From contig CAYLVW010000002.1 of the NCBI GenBank assembly GCA_964387275.1, positions 63,286 through 127,285 on the forward strand: DNA of 64,000 bases, in the 5' to 3' direction. Position numbers and translations under genes: made by a program. Of this stretch, positions 16,709 through 26,184 are shown piece by piece. The stretch comes from an uncultured Candidatus Saccharibacteria bacterium (lineage in GTDB: Bacteria; Patescibacteriota; WWE3; UBA101185; UBA10185). Under the pieces are notes generated by a model. That model ran no database searches, was not told where the DNA came from, and saw only the letters and a program-made list of their open reading frames with translations. Each line of letters begins with the position of its first letter. Position 1 is the first letter of the stretch.

Positions 16709-18698
16709 AATTTGACCTATCAGAGTCTAAATCGTCTAAAAATTCGTTTACACCTCCGTCAAGATATGTATCATTTTTATTGTTACTTAAATACTTACCC
16801 AAGCTTCTGCGGTTTCCATTAACACTGCTTCCCCCACCAAATCTGCGAAGAAGTCCTACATAATCCACTAACTCTTGAGGTATTTCAGACAAAAACCTAC
16901 TTGGTATATTTGACTGCCAATTTCCAAAATACATCCTAGATTTTGCGTTCGTCAAAAAAAGTTGGGACATGGCCCTAGTTATTGCGACGTAACAAAGTCG
17001 CCTCTCTTCTTCCAACCCATCAATTTCCATTAGAGAGTTGTTATGCGGAAAAAGACCCTCCTCCATTCCAACCAAAAAAACTACTGGAAATTCCAAACCC
17101 TTGCTGGAATGAATAGTCATTAAAGTAATTGCGTTAAAATCTCCGGTATCTGCTCTGTCAGAACTCTCTATCAAAGTAACGTTCTCAAGAAAATCTTGTA
17201 ATTCTAAAAACTGCAATGCAACTGTTTTCAGCTCTTTAATATTTTCTACCCTTGTTGTGGCATCCTCACTACCATCATCTACCCATTGTATATAGCCCGT
17301 ATCTGACAAAACCATTTCCAAAATTTCTGCTGTGGATAAAGACTCTTTTTTCTCAAACCATTTCTTAATAGGAAGCTTTGTTTTTTGCTCAATCTCACTA
17401 ACATCCCAACCCCCTTCTTTAAGGAGCTGCTCAGACTTAGCCCCAATTCCCCTAGGAGGTACATTTATTATCCTATCCCAGGCAACAGTGTCTTTTGGGT
17501 TATATACAACCCTAAGAAATGCTATAACATCCTTAATTTCTTTTCGTGAATAAAACCTAACACCTCCAAAAATTCTATAAGGCAGATTTCCCTTTATCAG
17601 GTGCTCCTCAATATTTCTAGACTGAGCATTAGTTCTGTATAAAACGGCTATATCTTTATATTTAAGGTTCCCTTCGCCAAGAAGCTCTAAAATCTTTGCT
17701 ACCACAAAAGATCCTTCATCCTTCTCGTCGGTTCCTGTGTAACATATAATCTTTTCCCCTGTATGGTTATCTGTCCATAAGTCTAAGCTTATGTGGTTAC
17801 TATTATTTTTTATCACATTTTTAGCAGCATCTAGTATGTTTTGGGTAGATCGATAATTCTGCTCTAGATGATAAGTCACAACATCAGGGTAGTCGTTTTT
17901 AAAATTTAAAATATTTCTGTAATCAGCCCCTCTAAAGCTGTAGATTGCTTGAGACATGTCTCCCACAACAAAAATATTGTGGTGAAGCTCTGATAACATT
18001 TTTGCAAAAACGTATTGAGACTTATTTGTATCCTGAAATTCATCAATCATTATGAATTGAAAAAGGTTTTGATATTTTCCCAATATTTGAGGATTATGTT
18101 TAAACAAGTTAATCGTCTCAACAATCAAATCGTCAAAATCCAGTGCAAAATTATCCCTTAGTCTCTTTTGATATTCTGGGTAAACTCTTGCAACTATTTT
18201 CTGAAACAAGGAGTGAGAAAAATTAGCATATTCTTTAGCACTTACAAGTTCTGATTTAGCACTAGAGATTGTGGCCAAAACAGCATGTGGATTTGTTTTT
18301 TTTGGATCAAACTGAAAATCCTTTAGTATCTGTTTTATTAAATTTACCTGATCATCTGAATCATAAATTACAAAAGAGGGGGGTATTCCTATATTATGGC
18401 CGTCCTTACGCAAAATCTTGGAACATATAGAATGAAAAGTACCTCCCCAAGGAATTTTATAGTCAGGGTCTTGCAGTATCTCTGTTACCCTATGTTTAAT
18501 TTCAGCAGCTGCCTTATTTGTAAAAGTCACGCATAAAATATTGCTATCGTGTACTTCTTTATCTCTAATTAAAAAGGCAACTCTGTGCGTAAGTACACGG
18601 GTTTTCCCGCTCCCTGGACCCGCTACAACTAAGGCAGGGCCAGTATAATGCTTAAGTGCTTCTATTTGTTGTGGATTTAGTGATTCAAAAGAGCTCAT
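16698..18698 (-). CDS. pcrA: ATP-dependent DNA helicase PcrA/UvrD
   Basis: LNPQQ, AGPGSGKT, IDEFQDTN, YRTNAQSR, HSSKGLEF, EEERRLCYVAITRA. Probable start MSSFESL at 18698. Confidence 0.93.
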   Translation of the reverse strand: MSSFESLNPQQIEALKHYTGPALVVAGPGSGKTRVLTHRVAFLIRDKEVHDSNILCVTFTNKAAAEIKHRVTEILQDPDYKIPWGGTFHSICSKILRKDGHNIGIPPSFVIYDSDDQVNLIKQILKDFQFDPKKTNPHAVLATISSAKSELVSAKEYANFSHSLFQKIVARVYPEYQKRLRDNFALDFDDLIVETINLFKHNPQILGKYQNLFQFIMIDEFQDTNKSQYVFAKMLSELHHNIFVVGDMSQAIYSFRGADYRNILNFKNDYPDVVTYHLEQNYRSTQNILDAAKNVIKNNSNHISLDLWTDNHTGEKIICYTGTDEKDEGSFVVAKILELLGEGNLKYKDIAVLYRTNAQSRNIEEHLIKGNLPYRIFGGVRFYSRKEIKDVIAFLRVVYNPKDTVAWDRIINVPPRGIGAKSEQLLKEGGWDVSEIEQKTKLPIKKWFEKKESLSTAEILEMVLSDTGYIQWVDDGSEDATTRVENIKELKTVALQFLELQDFLENVTLIESSDRADTGDFNAITLMTIHSSKGLEFPVVFLVGMEEGLFPHNNSLMEIDGLEEERRLCYVAITRAMSQLFLTNAKSRMYFGNWQSNIPSRFLSEIPQELVDYVGLLRRFGGGSSVNGNRRSLGKYLSNNKNDTYLDGGVNEFLDDLDSDRSNFNW

Positions 18699-18726
18699 AA
18701 CTGGTTCTCGCGATATAATATCATGT

Positions 18727-19212
18727 ATGCGTAAATATATTATTAAGGTTTTATTAATACTAACTATTATCGTCTTTGTGGTGATCGGATTTGTGATAGT
18801 AGCAATACTTAATAACAATAAAAATTCCGCTGGAAGCAGTAAGGCCATTAATGTCAACAATCGAATATTCAAAGTGGATGTCGCTGAAACTGATCTTGAG
18901 AAAACAATGGGATTGATGTATAGAAAAACCCTTCCGGAAAATGAGGGAATGTTTTTTATTTTTGATAGATCGGGGGTTTACACCTTCTGGATGGCTAATA
19001 CTTTTGTGGATATGGACATCCTTTGGATTGATGAAAATATGCAGGTGGCTTACATACAGAAAAACGCTAAGTCCTGCCCTGACCCAACGAAAACTACATG
19101 CAATATCTATAATCCTAAAATCTCTGCAAAGTATGTATTAGAAATTAATGCTGGTCTTTCAAGTAAATATGGCTTCAAAGTTGGGGATAGAGTAAGCAGG
19201 ATCAACTTCTAA
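18727..19212 (+). CDS. DUF192-family exported protein
   Basis: GLMYR, GMFFIF, FWMANT, YVLEINAG, GDRV. Confidence 0.88.
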   Translation: MRKYIIKVLLILTIIVFVVIGFVIVAILNNNKNSAGSSKAINVNNRIFKVDVAETDLEKTMGLMYRKTLPENEGMFFIFDRSGVYTFWMANTFVDMDILWIDENMQVAYIQKNAKSCPDPTKTTCNIYNPKISAKYVLEINAGLSSKYGFKVGDRVSRINF

Positions 19213-19322
19213 CAAAACTTCTGATATGATTAAGATGTATTAATTTATTGACGCCGGAAAAACATTAGGCAGTTGTTTTGCTGCGCGTGTAGAAGTCGGG
19301 TACGTCAAATTAGGAGAAAAAT

Positions 19323-19589
19323 ATGTATCAGTTAATTGATTTCTTTGCGGAGTGGTGTGGCCCATGCCATGCTATGAAGCCAGTATTTGAAGAACTATCA
19401 AAAGAGTATTCAGGAAAAGTTGGCTTTAAATCTGTGGATGTAGATGCGGAGATGCAACAAGCAGGTCAGTTTGGTGTTTCTTCCATACCTACCTTTGTGC
19501 TATTAAAAGACGGTAAAGAGGTTTCTAGAAAAATAGGAGCCTCATCAAAAGAAGCTATGAAAGCTTGGATCGATTCCAACACAAAATAG
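19323..19589 (+). CDS. trxA: Thioredoxin
   Basis: DFFAEWCGPC, SIPT; TAGGAG SD. Confidence 0.95.
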   Translation: MYQLIDFFAEWCGPCHAMKPVFEELSKEYSGKVGFKSVDVDAEMQQAGQFGVSSIPTFVLLKDGKEVSRKIGASSKEAMKAWIDSNTK

Positions 19590-19739
19590 CTTAAGGTTGG
19601 AAAAGCCAAGACAGACTCTGGGGACTAAACCCAAGTCTCTTTCTTGCAAGTGGAAGCTTAAGCTCTCGTCTCTTGGTTAAAAATCTAGAGAACCACTAAT
19701 ACAAAATAAAGTAGATAGTTAATGAAAGGACACTGCCCA

Positions 19740-20819
19740 ATGGCAATAAAAGTAGCAATAAATGGTTTCGGAAGAATAGGAAGAGCTGCCTTTAAAATAG
19801 CTCAATCAAAACCAGAACTAGAAGTTGTAGCGATTAATGATCTTGCTAATGCAAGAATACTTGCTCAATTACTTAAATATGATACTGCCTACAAGATATT
19901 TGATAAAGAAGTGGGGGTAGAAGAAGATGGAAAGTATACTAATATAACCCACAATGATGGAAATAAAGATTTCTTTAAGCCCACTAGTTCAAAAAACTAC
20001 TTGGTGGTTGAAGGAAAAAAAATCCTAATTACTGCTGAAAAAGAACCAAATCTTCTGCCATGGAAGGAACTAGGTATAGATGTGGTTCTTGAATGTACCG
20101 GTAGATTTACAGACCATGATAGCGCACAAGCTCATCTACAAGCTGGGGCAAAAAAGGTACTCATATCAGCTCCGGCAAAGGGAGATAAAACACAAATATT
20201 TTTGATGGGAGTTAATGAAGATAAGTATTTTATGAATGATTTGGTGTCAACAGCATCATGTACAACAAACTGTATTTCACCAGTAGTATCAATAATTCAC
20301 AATAAATATAAAGTTTTAAAATCCGTTATGACAACAGTACACGCCATAACAGCAGAACAAAACATTGTGGATGGACCACCACCAGCAAGACACCCAGATA
20401 TGAGAAGGGCTAGAGCTTCTGGACACAATATGGTTCCTACAACTACAGGGGCAGCCAAAGCTACCACCGAGATTATTCCCGAGCTAAAAGGTTTATTTGA
20501 TGGTATTTCAATAAGAGTTCCGATAATTACGGGTTCTTTATCTGATATAACAATGGTGCTGGAAAATAAAACTACTGTAGACGAGATAAACAAACTTTTT
20601 CTAGAAACAAAAAACAACCCAAGATATAAAGGTATTATAGATGCAACTTATGAACCACTTGTATCAAGCGATATAATTGGAAACCCCCACTCAGCAATTG
20701 TGGATCTAAGTATGACTAAAGTAGTTGGTGGAGACTTAGTAAAAATACTGGCTTGGTACGACAATGAATGGGGCTACAGTAACAGGTTAGTGGAAATGGC
20801 TATTCTTGTAGCTAAATAA
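19740..20819 (+). CDS. gap: Type I glyceraldehyde-3-phosphate dehydrogenase
   Basis: INGFGRIGR, ASCTTNC, PTTTGAA, WYDNEWGYSNR. Start MAIKV at 19740 after AAGGA. Confidence 0.97.
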   Translation: MAIKVAINGFGRIGRAAFKIAQSKPELEVVAINDLANARILAQLLKYDTAYKIFDKEVGVEEDGKYTNITHNDGNKDFFKPTSSKNYLVVEGKKILITAEKEPNLLPWKELGIDVVLECTGRFTDHDSAQAHLQAGAKKVLISAPAKGDKTQIFLMGVNEDKYFMNDLVSTASCTTNCISPVVSIIHNKYKVLKSVMTTVHAITAEQNIVDGPPPARHPDMRRARASGHNMVPTTTGAAKATTEIIPELKGLFDGISIRVPIITGSLSDITMVLENKTTVDEINKLFLETKNNPRYKGIIDATYEPLVSSDIIGNPHSAIVDLSMTKVVGGDLVKILAWYDNEWGYSNRLVEMAILVAK

Positions 20820-20861
20820 CAAATAGTGCTCGCCTTATTTACTCTGGTATATAATGAGTAA

Positions 20862-21818
20862 ATGAAAAAACTAACTGATGCCAAAATAGACTCTAACACT
20901 AAGGTATTTGTAAGATTAGATTTGGATGTACCGATAAAAGATGGAGTTATTCAAGATAATTCCAGAATCAAAGCAGCAATACCCACATTAAAATATCTAA
21001 GAGACCGAGGCGCTCAAATTGTTATAGCAGGGCACATGGGGAGACCAAAGGACAACGACCCAAAACTCAGCACCTCACAGCTAAAACCCTTGTTCGATAA
21101 AATGTTTAAAAATTACCCTTATAAACTCCTAGAAAACCTTAGATATGATGCAAGAGAAGAAACAGACTCCCCAGAGTATGCTAAAGAACTGATAGGTACC
21201 TGTAATATGTACGTAAATGAGAGCTTTGCAACATCCCACAGATCTCATACCTCAATTGTGTCTATCCCTAAACTAATACCAGGGTACGCTGGAATTAATT
21301 TCCAAAAAGAAGTAGAAAATATCAATAAAGTATTACAAAATCCAGAAAGACCGCTAACAGCCATAGTTGGTGGAGCAAAAATTGATAGTAAAAAACCTGT
21401 GATTAAAAAATTCCTAAAAGTGTGTGACCATGTATTGGTGGGAGGTAAAATTGGGTTTGATTGGGATGAGGACGTACCAACCAACCTCCATTTACCAAAA
21501 GACTATGAGGAAGATAAAAAAGACATAGGTATGCAAACGGTCATTTATTTCTCAGAAATAATAAAAAGATCAAAAACTGTTATCTGGGCAGGACCTATGG
21601 GACTTTTTGAACAGCAGATGTTTGCAAAAGGAACCCAACTTATTGCTGAGGCAGTTATTGCATCTGGTGCCTATTCAATAATTGGGGGCGGCGACACTGC
21701 TAGTGCAATTGAAGATTTTGGACTAACTGATAAATTCTCGTTTGTATCAACAGGTGGAGGAGCACTACTAGAGCTTATTATTAATGGCACGCTTCCAGGC
21801 GTAGAGGCTGTTAGCTAA
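20862..21818 (+). CDS. pgk: Phosphoglycerate kinase (compact, 318 aa)
   Basis: VRLDLDVP, GHMGRP, LLENLRY, GGAKI, GGGDT, STGGGALL. Confidence 0.93.
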   Translation: MKKLTDAKIDSNTKVFVRLDLDVPIKDGVIQDNSRIKAAIPTLKYLRDRGAQIVIAGHMGRPKDNDPKLSTSQLKPLFDKMFKNYPYKLLENLRYDAREETDSPEYAKELIGTCNMYVNESFATSHRSHTSIVSIPKLIPGYAGINFQKEVENINKVLQNPERPLTAIVGGAKIDSKKPVIKKFLKVCDHVLVGGKIGFDWDEDVPTNLHLPKDYEEDKKDIGMQTVIYFSEIIKRSKTVIWAGPMGLFEQQMFAKGTQLIAEAVIASGAYSIIGGGDTASAIEDFGLTDKFSFVSTGGGALLELIINGTLPGVEAVS

Positions 21819-21822
21819 ATTT

Positions 21823-22089
21823 ATGTCAAAAGTCCTGAAAGTAACATTCCCAGAAAATTGCATTGGCTGTGAGATGTGTGTAATGGAGGCTCAAAAGCAA
21901 ATAGGCAAAGTTGGGCTAAATGGAGCGCTAGTTAGAGTACTAAAATCGAAGTCTGAAACCGGGCTAGATTTCTTAGTAGAAGTCGACCCACAAGTCAATG
22001 AGCTTGATATAAAAAAAATAGCAAGAATATGCCCTAAAAGTGTATTTACAATAGAGGAAAAGGAAACCGACGATGGCCTTACTAGCTAA
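21823..22089 (+). CDS. 4Fe-4S ferredoxin-like protein
   Basis: CIGCEMC plus a distal CP (ARICPKSVF): ligands for one cluster. Confidence 0.8.
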   Translation: MSKVLKVTFPENCIGCEMCVMEAQKQIGKVGLNGALVRVLKSKSETGLDFLVEVDPQVNELDIKKIARICPKSVFTIEEKETDDGLTS

Positions 22090-22966
22090 AAAAGTTTTGT
22101 ACATAAATCTCGAAGAAAAAACTTACGAATTAAAATCATTAACTGATTTATATAAATATATAGGTGGTGTAGGAATTGGGATAAAGTTGCTTCAAGAAGA
22201 GGCACAATATGACCCGATAATTTTCTCAACAGGACCTTTGAATGGGTTTTTCCCCTATGCTTCAAAAACATCGGTAGTATTAAACAGTGATGGGGTGATT
22301 GAGGATATTTATATAGGAGGTACTTTATCAAGCAGGATAAAATTTGCTGGACTGGACTCAGTAGTTTTAAGAGGCAGGTCTGAGGAACCTATAACCATAG
22401 AGATAATTGATGATGTTGTCAATTTTCATACCCCAAATATAGATGTTACAACACTAGGGTTACCCGGAAAACGAAGTACACTTACTTGGGACAATAAGGA
22501 TAACTCAAAAACAGATACAATCGTAGAGACAGGCCCAGAAACCAACGAAAAAAAGTTCTTACTTGATGGATATTTTTCAGCCCCAGAAAAGATACTAGAA
22601 AAAAAACTCTTACTAAAAAATATAAAAGGGTTGTCTATCACAGGTAACAAAACGATAGACATAAAAGACACAGAGGAATATGACAGACTGTACAAATTAC
22701 TCCTAGGAAGGATAAAAGATATGTGGATAGAGCCAAACAAATACCCATCTTGTAGCGGATGCCCATTAGGGTGTGTGGCATCCAAAAGAGGTGAAATTGG
22801 CGGAAATATAATTACCCACTCTCTTGTAGCATGTTCTTTCGCTGAAGGAATATATTCGGATCTTGGAATAACTTTTGCGTGCTTAAATTCACTTGGATAT
22901 CACTACAGACATGAAGATATACAAGCACTGCCGAAACTTATCGACCAAATCCTTAGAAAATTTTAG
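22073..22966 (+). CDS. Half-size aldehyde:ferredoxin oxidoreductase (AFOR/WOR)-like Fe-S protein
   Basis: AFOR_N motifs YIGGVGIG, FSTGPLNG, GG...IKFAGLDSVVLRGRSEEP, KNIKGLSITG; CSGCPLGC and distal SLVAC. Confidence 0.8.
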   Translation: MALLAKKVLYINLEEKTYELKSLTDLYKYIGGVGIGIKLLQEEAQYDPIIFSTGPLNGFFPYASKTSVVLNSDGVIEDIYIGGTLSSRIKFAGLDSVVLRGRSEEPITIEIIDDVVNFHTPNIDVTTLGLPGKRSTLTWDNKDNSKTDTIVETGPETNEKKFLLDGYFSAPEKILEKKLLLKNIKGLSITGNKTIDIKDTEEYDRLYKLLLGRIKDMWIEPNKYPSCSGCPLGCVASKRGEIGGNIITHSLVACSFAEGIYSDLGITFACLNSLGYHYRHEDIQALPKLIDQILRKF

Positions 22967-22976
22967 AATTCTATTA

Positions 22977-23630
22977 ATGAAAAAAACTATAATCGCAAAC
23001 TGGAAAATGAATATGGATAAAAAAGGGGTGCTATCCTGGTTTGAAGAATTCCAACATCTATACACCCAGATAGACTTTGACAAAAAATCTATAATAATTG
23101 CCCCAAGTTTTACCCACCTAGAACTTGTTAAATCATTGATACAGAAACATGCATATAAAAATATCAGCCTAGCTGCTCAAGGCGCATCAGAATTTGAAAA
23201 AGGTGCATACACATCTCAAATCTCCATACCGCAAATAAAAGACTATTGTGATTACATAATTGTTGGACATAGTGAAACAGGAATTGATATTCATAAAAAA
23301 ATCTTAATCTCATCAAAAGCTCAGGAAATGGGAATTACACCTATAATATGTTTTACAAATCTCAGTGATGTTCCTACAACTTTGGAACCTTACGAATACG
23401 TAGCTTGGGAAGACCCAAATAACATCTCAAATAATGGCGTGTACAAACCAAAAGATCACAATGAAATAAAAGAAGCGCTCTCAAGTTACAAAAGTAAGAT
23501 AATATATGGTGGCTCAGTTAATGAAACAAACATCAGCAGCCTCTCAGAAATAACTAATATAAGTGGTTTCTTGGTTGGAAATGCAAGTTTAAACCCACAA
23601 AGCTTTTATGAGATAATGAAGCTCTGTTAG
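22977..23630 (+). CDS. tpiA: Triosephosphate isomerase (short, divergent)
   Basis: IANWKMN, GAYT, VGHSE, AWE, YGGSV, GFLVGNASL. Start MKKTII at 22977. Confidence 0.88.
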   Translation: MKKTIIANWKMNMDKKGVLSWFEEFQHLYTQIDFDKKSIIIAPSFTHLELVKSLIQKHAYKNISLAAQGASEFEKGAYTSQISIPQIKDYCDYIIVGHSETGIDIHKKILISSKAQEMGITPIICFTNLSDVPTTLEPYEYVAWEDPNNISNNGVYKPKDHNEIKEALSSYKSKIIYGGSVNETNISSLSEITNISGFLVGNASLNPQSFYEIMKLC

Positions 23631-23675
23631 AGTGCCCAAACAGTATATAATAACCTTATTTTGAAAGTTAGCTAA

Positions 23676-24755
23676 ATGAAATATGTTGATTTAAAAGCAA
23701 AAAATGAAGAAAAAATTAGCAGCCTGTCTGTATCTAAAGGTACCTCTTCGAAGAAAGTGTTAATATTCCTTGTTATTATTGTTGTTGCAGTAATAGGTTT
23801 AAGCACCCTGCTTAGTAAAAAGGTGTCTGCACTATTTAACCCAATAAGTATAGTGGCAAATTTCAAAAAAAACGACCTAAAGGACTCAGATGGAAGAACA
23901 AATATCTTACTTCTTGGTACAGATGGAAGAACTATAGGTAATATACAATCGAAGCTTACAGATACCATTATGGTTGCATCCATTGGTAAATCTTCGAAGG
24001 ATGTTGTCTTGATCTCAATACCCAGAGACTTGTGGGTCCAAGGAAAAATAGGTTCTTATCAAGGTAAGATAAACGCAATGTATACATACGGAGGTATAGA
24101 AGAAACTAAGGCAGTCGTGGAAGATTTTTTAGGAATACCGGTACATTATTATGGTGTAACTGGATTTGAATTATTTAAAGATGCTGTTGACATTGCAGGA
24201 GGAATCATCGTAAATGTTGAGCACTCTTTTACAGACTACGAATACCCCATTGAAGGTAAGGAGGATGCACCAGAAGATGAAAGATATGAAGTTGTTCACT
24301 TTGATGCAGGTGTGCAAACAATGTCAGGCGATAAAGCACTTAAGTACGTGAGATCAAGAAAATCGGCTGATTCCTCGGAAGGGACAGACTTTGCAAGATC
24401 GAAACGCCAGCAAAACGTAATTCTAGCCTTAAAAGACAAATTACTAAGCCCAGAGATACTTCTAAATCCACTAAAGCTAAGAAACTTATATGATACATAT
24501 GTAGATAATGTCGAAACAAACATTGATCTTGGAGCAACGCAATCTCTAGTGTTGGTAGCAAAAGATCTGGATTTCTCAAAAACCAAATCACTAATCATTG
24601 ATGATAGAAGTGATCCTTCAGCAGGAGGATTACTATATGTACCTGAAAATAGGGATTTGTATGGAGGTGCATATGTACTAGTACCAAGACAGGGCACTTT
24701 CGATCAAGTCCATGCATATGTACATAAATACCTGTTTGAAGCGCAGCAAGAATGA
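23676..24755 (+). CDS. LytR-CpsA-Psr (LCP) family glycopolymer transferase
   Basis: NILLLGTD, TDTIM, SIPRD, KINA, ALKYVRSR, DFARSKRQQ. Confidence 0.93.
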   Translation: MKYVDLKAKNEEKISSLSVSKGTSSKKVLIFLVIIVVAVIGLSTLLSKKVSALFNPISIVANFKKNDLKDSDGRTNILLLGTDGRTIGNIQSKLTDTIMVASIGKSSKDVVLISIPRDLWVQGKIGSYQGKINAMYTYGGIEETKAVVEDFLGIPVHYYGVTGFELFKDAVDIAGGIIVNVEHSFTDYEYPIEGKEDAPEDERYEVVHFDAGVQTMSGDKALKYVRSRKSADSSEGTDFARSKRQQNVILALKDKLLSPEILLNPLKLRNLYDTYVDNVETNIDLGATQSLVLVAKDLDFSKTKSLIIDDRSDPSAGGLLYVPENRDLYGGAYVLVPRQGTFDQVHAYVHKYLFEAQQE

Positions 24756-25492
24756 CCCTCCTATTACATGGAAATAATATACCCAAAATAAGCACACAAC
24801 TTACAAGTTTAAAAAAGCAGCTACAGGATAAAGGTGCAGAGAAGTTGGAATTCGATAAAAGTAATTTTGATAAAAACTTAGTCAGAAACGCCCTAAGCTC
24901 TCCTGATTTTTTTGGTAACACCCCTTGTATTATAGTTAATCTAACTGAAGTACAAAAAAAAGATGTTACAGACTTGTATGAAGTAGTAAAAAACAGCTCT
25001 CCAAATGCCAAAATAATCCTGTACTCATATAAAACACTACCGAAAACTAATGACTTTATAAAAAACCCTGACAAGTTAAAAATAAATACTGTTGTCATTG
25101 AAGAATTTGATAACAAAGATATATTTAAATATAGTGATGGGATTATTGGGGGTAACAGAAGTACAGTATATAAAGCTATTAAAAATTTGTTGGAAGACCC
25201 AACAGACCCAGACCCAATTCCCGTTATAGCGTATCTGCATACTGTAGTTAGGAATATGTTACTGATAAATATAGAGTCTCCAAAATCCAAAGAGATAAAT
25301 CCATTTATACTATCAAAAATCTCAGGTGTAGCTAAGAAAACACCTACAAATGATTTGAAGTATCTAATGAAGTCCTTCTATAATGTAGATAAAGATATTA
25401 AACAAGGCCGAACTACCCCCGAAATAGCCTTGAACTTAATAACAGAGAAAGTAATTACCTGCCTGTATGATAAAAAAATACATCAAAGATGA
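24752..25492 (+). CDS. holA: DNA polymerase III delta subunit-like protein
   Basis: LLLHG N-terminus, SPDFFG, IFKYSD, INPF, DKDIKQG; near rpsT as is usual for holA. Confidence 0.7.
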   Translation: MTLLLHGNNIPKISTQLTSLKKQLQDKGAEKLEFDKSNFDKNLVRNALSSPDFFGNTPCIIVNLTEVQKKDVTDLYEVVKNSSPNAKIILYSYKTLPKTNDFIKNPDKLKINTVVIEEFDNKDIFKYSDGIIGGNRSTVYKAIKNLLEDPTDPDPIPVIAYLHTVVRNMLLINIESPKSKEINPFILSKISGVAKKTPTNDLKYLMKSFYNVDKDIKQGRTTPEIALNLITEKVITCLYDKKIHQR

Positions 25493-26180
25493 ATCTTTCG
25501 ATCCAATATATAACGAAAAAAGCAGAGCCTTTTGGGCAATAACCAGCCTTTTCCCAAAACTAGTTGTATTCGGCGGTTTGGTCTTATTGACAAGCCAGGT
25601 AGCTTTCCCACTCGTATATTTTAAAACGACGGACATAACAGTAAATCCAGGGGCCGCAGGAACAGTCTTGGGGACAACCTCTGGCTTTTCTGAATTCAGT
25701 TTTACAGAGTTGAATAATCATAATCGTGGGGGTGTAAATAACAATTATCCAAAATACTATAATCTTAGCGTTCCAAAATTGGGTATAAATAACGCTGTGG
25801 TAGAGACTAACCCCGCTACACTTAATCCAGACAGCGCGTTAGGTCATTACATAGGATCAGCCTTTCCAGGAGAAACAGGTAACGCCTTTATCTATGGACA
25901 CTCCGTGCTACCTTTTTTTTATAACCCTAAAAACTACAAGACTATTTTCTCTACGCTAGATAATTTAAAAATAGGGGATATCATTCATATTGAAGCAAAT
26001 GGGAAAAAATACAAATATGTAGTGGAATCAAAAAACATCATGGACCCAGAGAAAGTCGACCCGCTCGCAAAAGTAAAGCCTGACTACTTAAATGAGTCGA
26101 CTATAACACTTATGACTTGTACTCCACCGGGAACTAAAGAGAAACGATTATTAGTCAACGCTGTGATGGAAAAAAACTAA
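25467..26180 (+). CDS. Sortase
   Basis: PGETGNAFIYGHS, LMTCTPPG, RLLV (His/Cys/Arg triad); N-terminal TM. Confidence 0.92.
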   Translation: MIKKYIKDESFDPIYNEKSRAFWAITSLFPKLVVFGGLVLLTSQVAFPLVYFKTTDITVNPGAAGTVLGTTSGFSEFSFTELNNHNRGGVNNNYPKYYNLSVPKLGINNAVVETNPATLNPDSALGHYIGSAFPGETGNAFIYGHSVLPFFYNPKNYKTIFSTLDNLKIGDIIHIEANGKKYKYVVESKNIMDPEKVDPLAKVKPDYLNESTITLMTCTPPGTKEKRLLVNAVMEKN

Positions 26181-26184
26181 TTTA

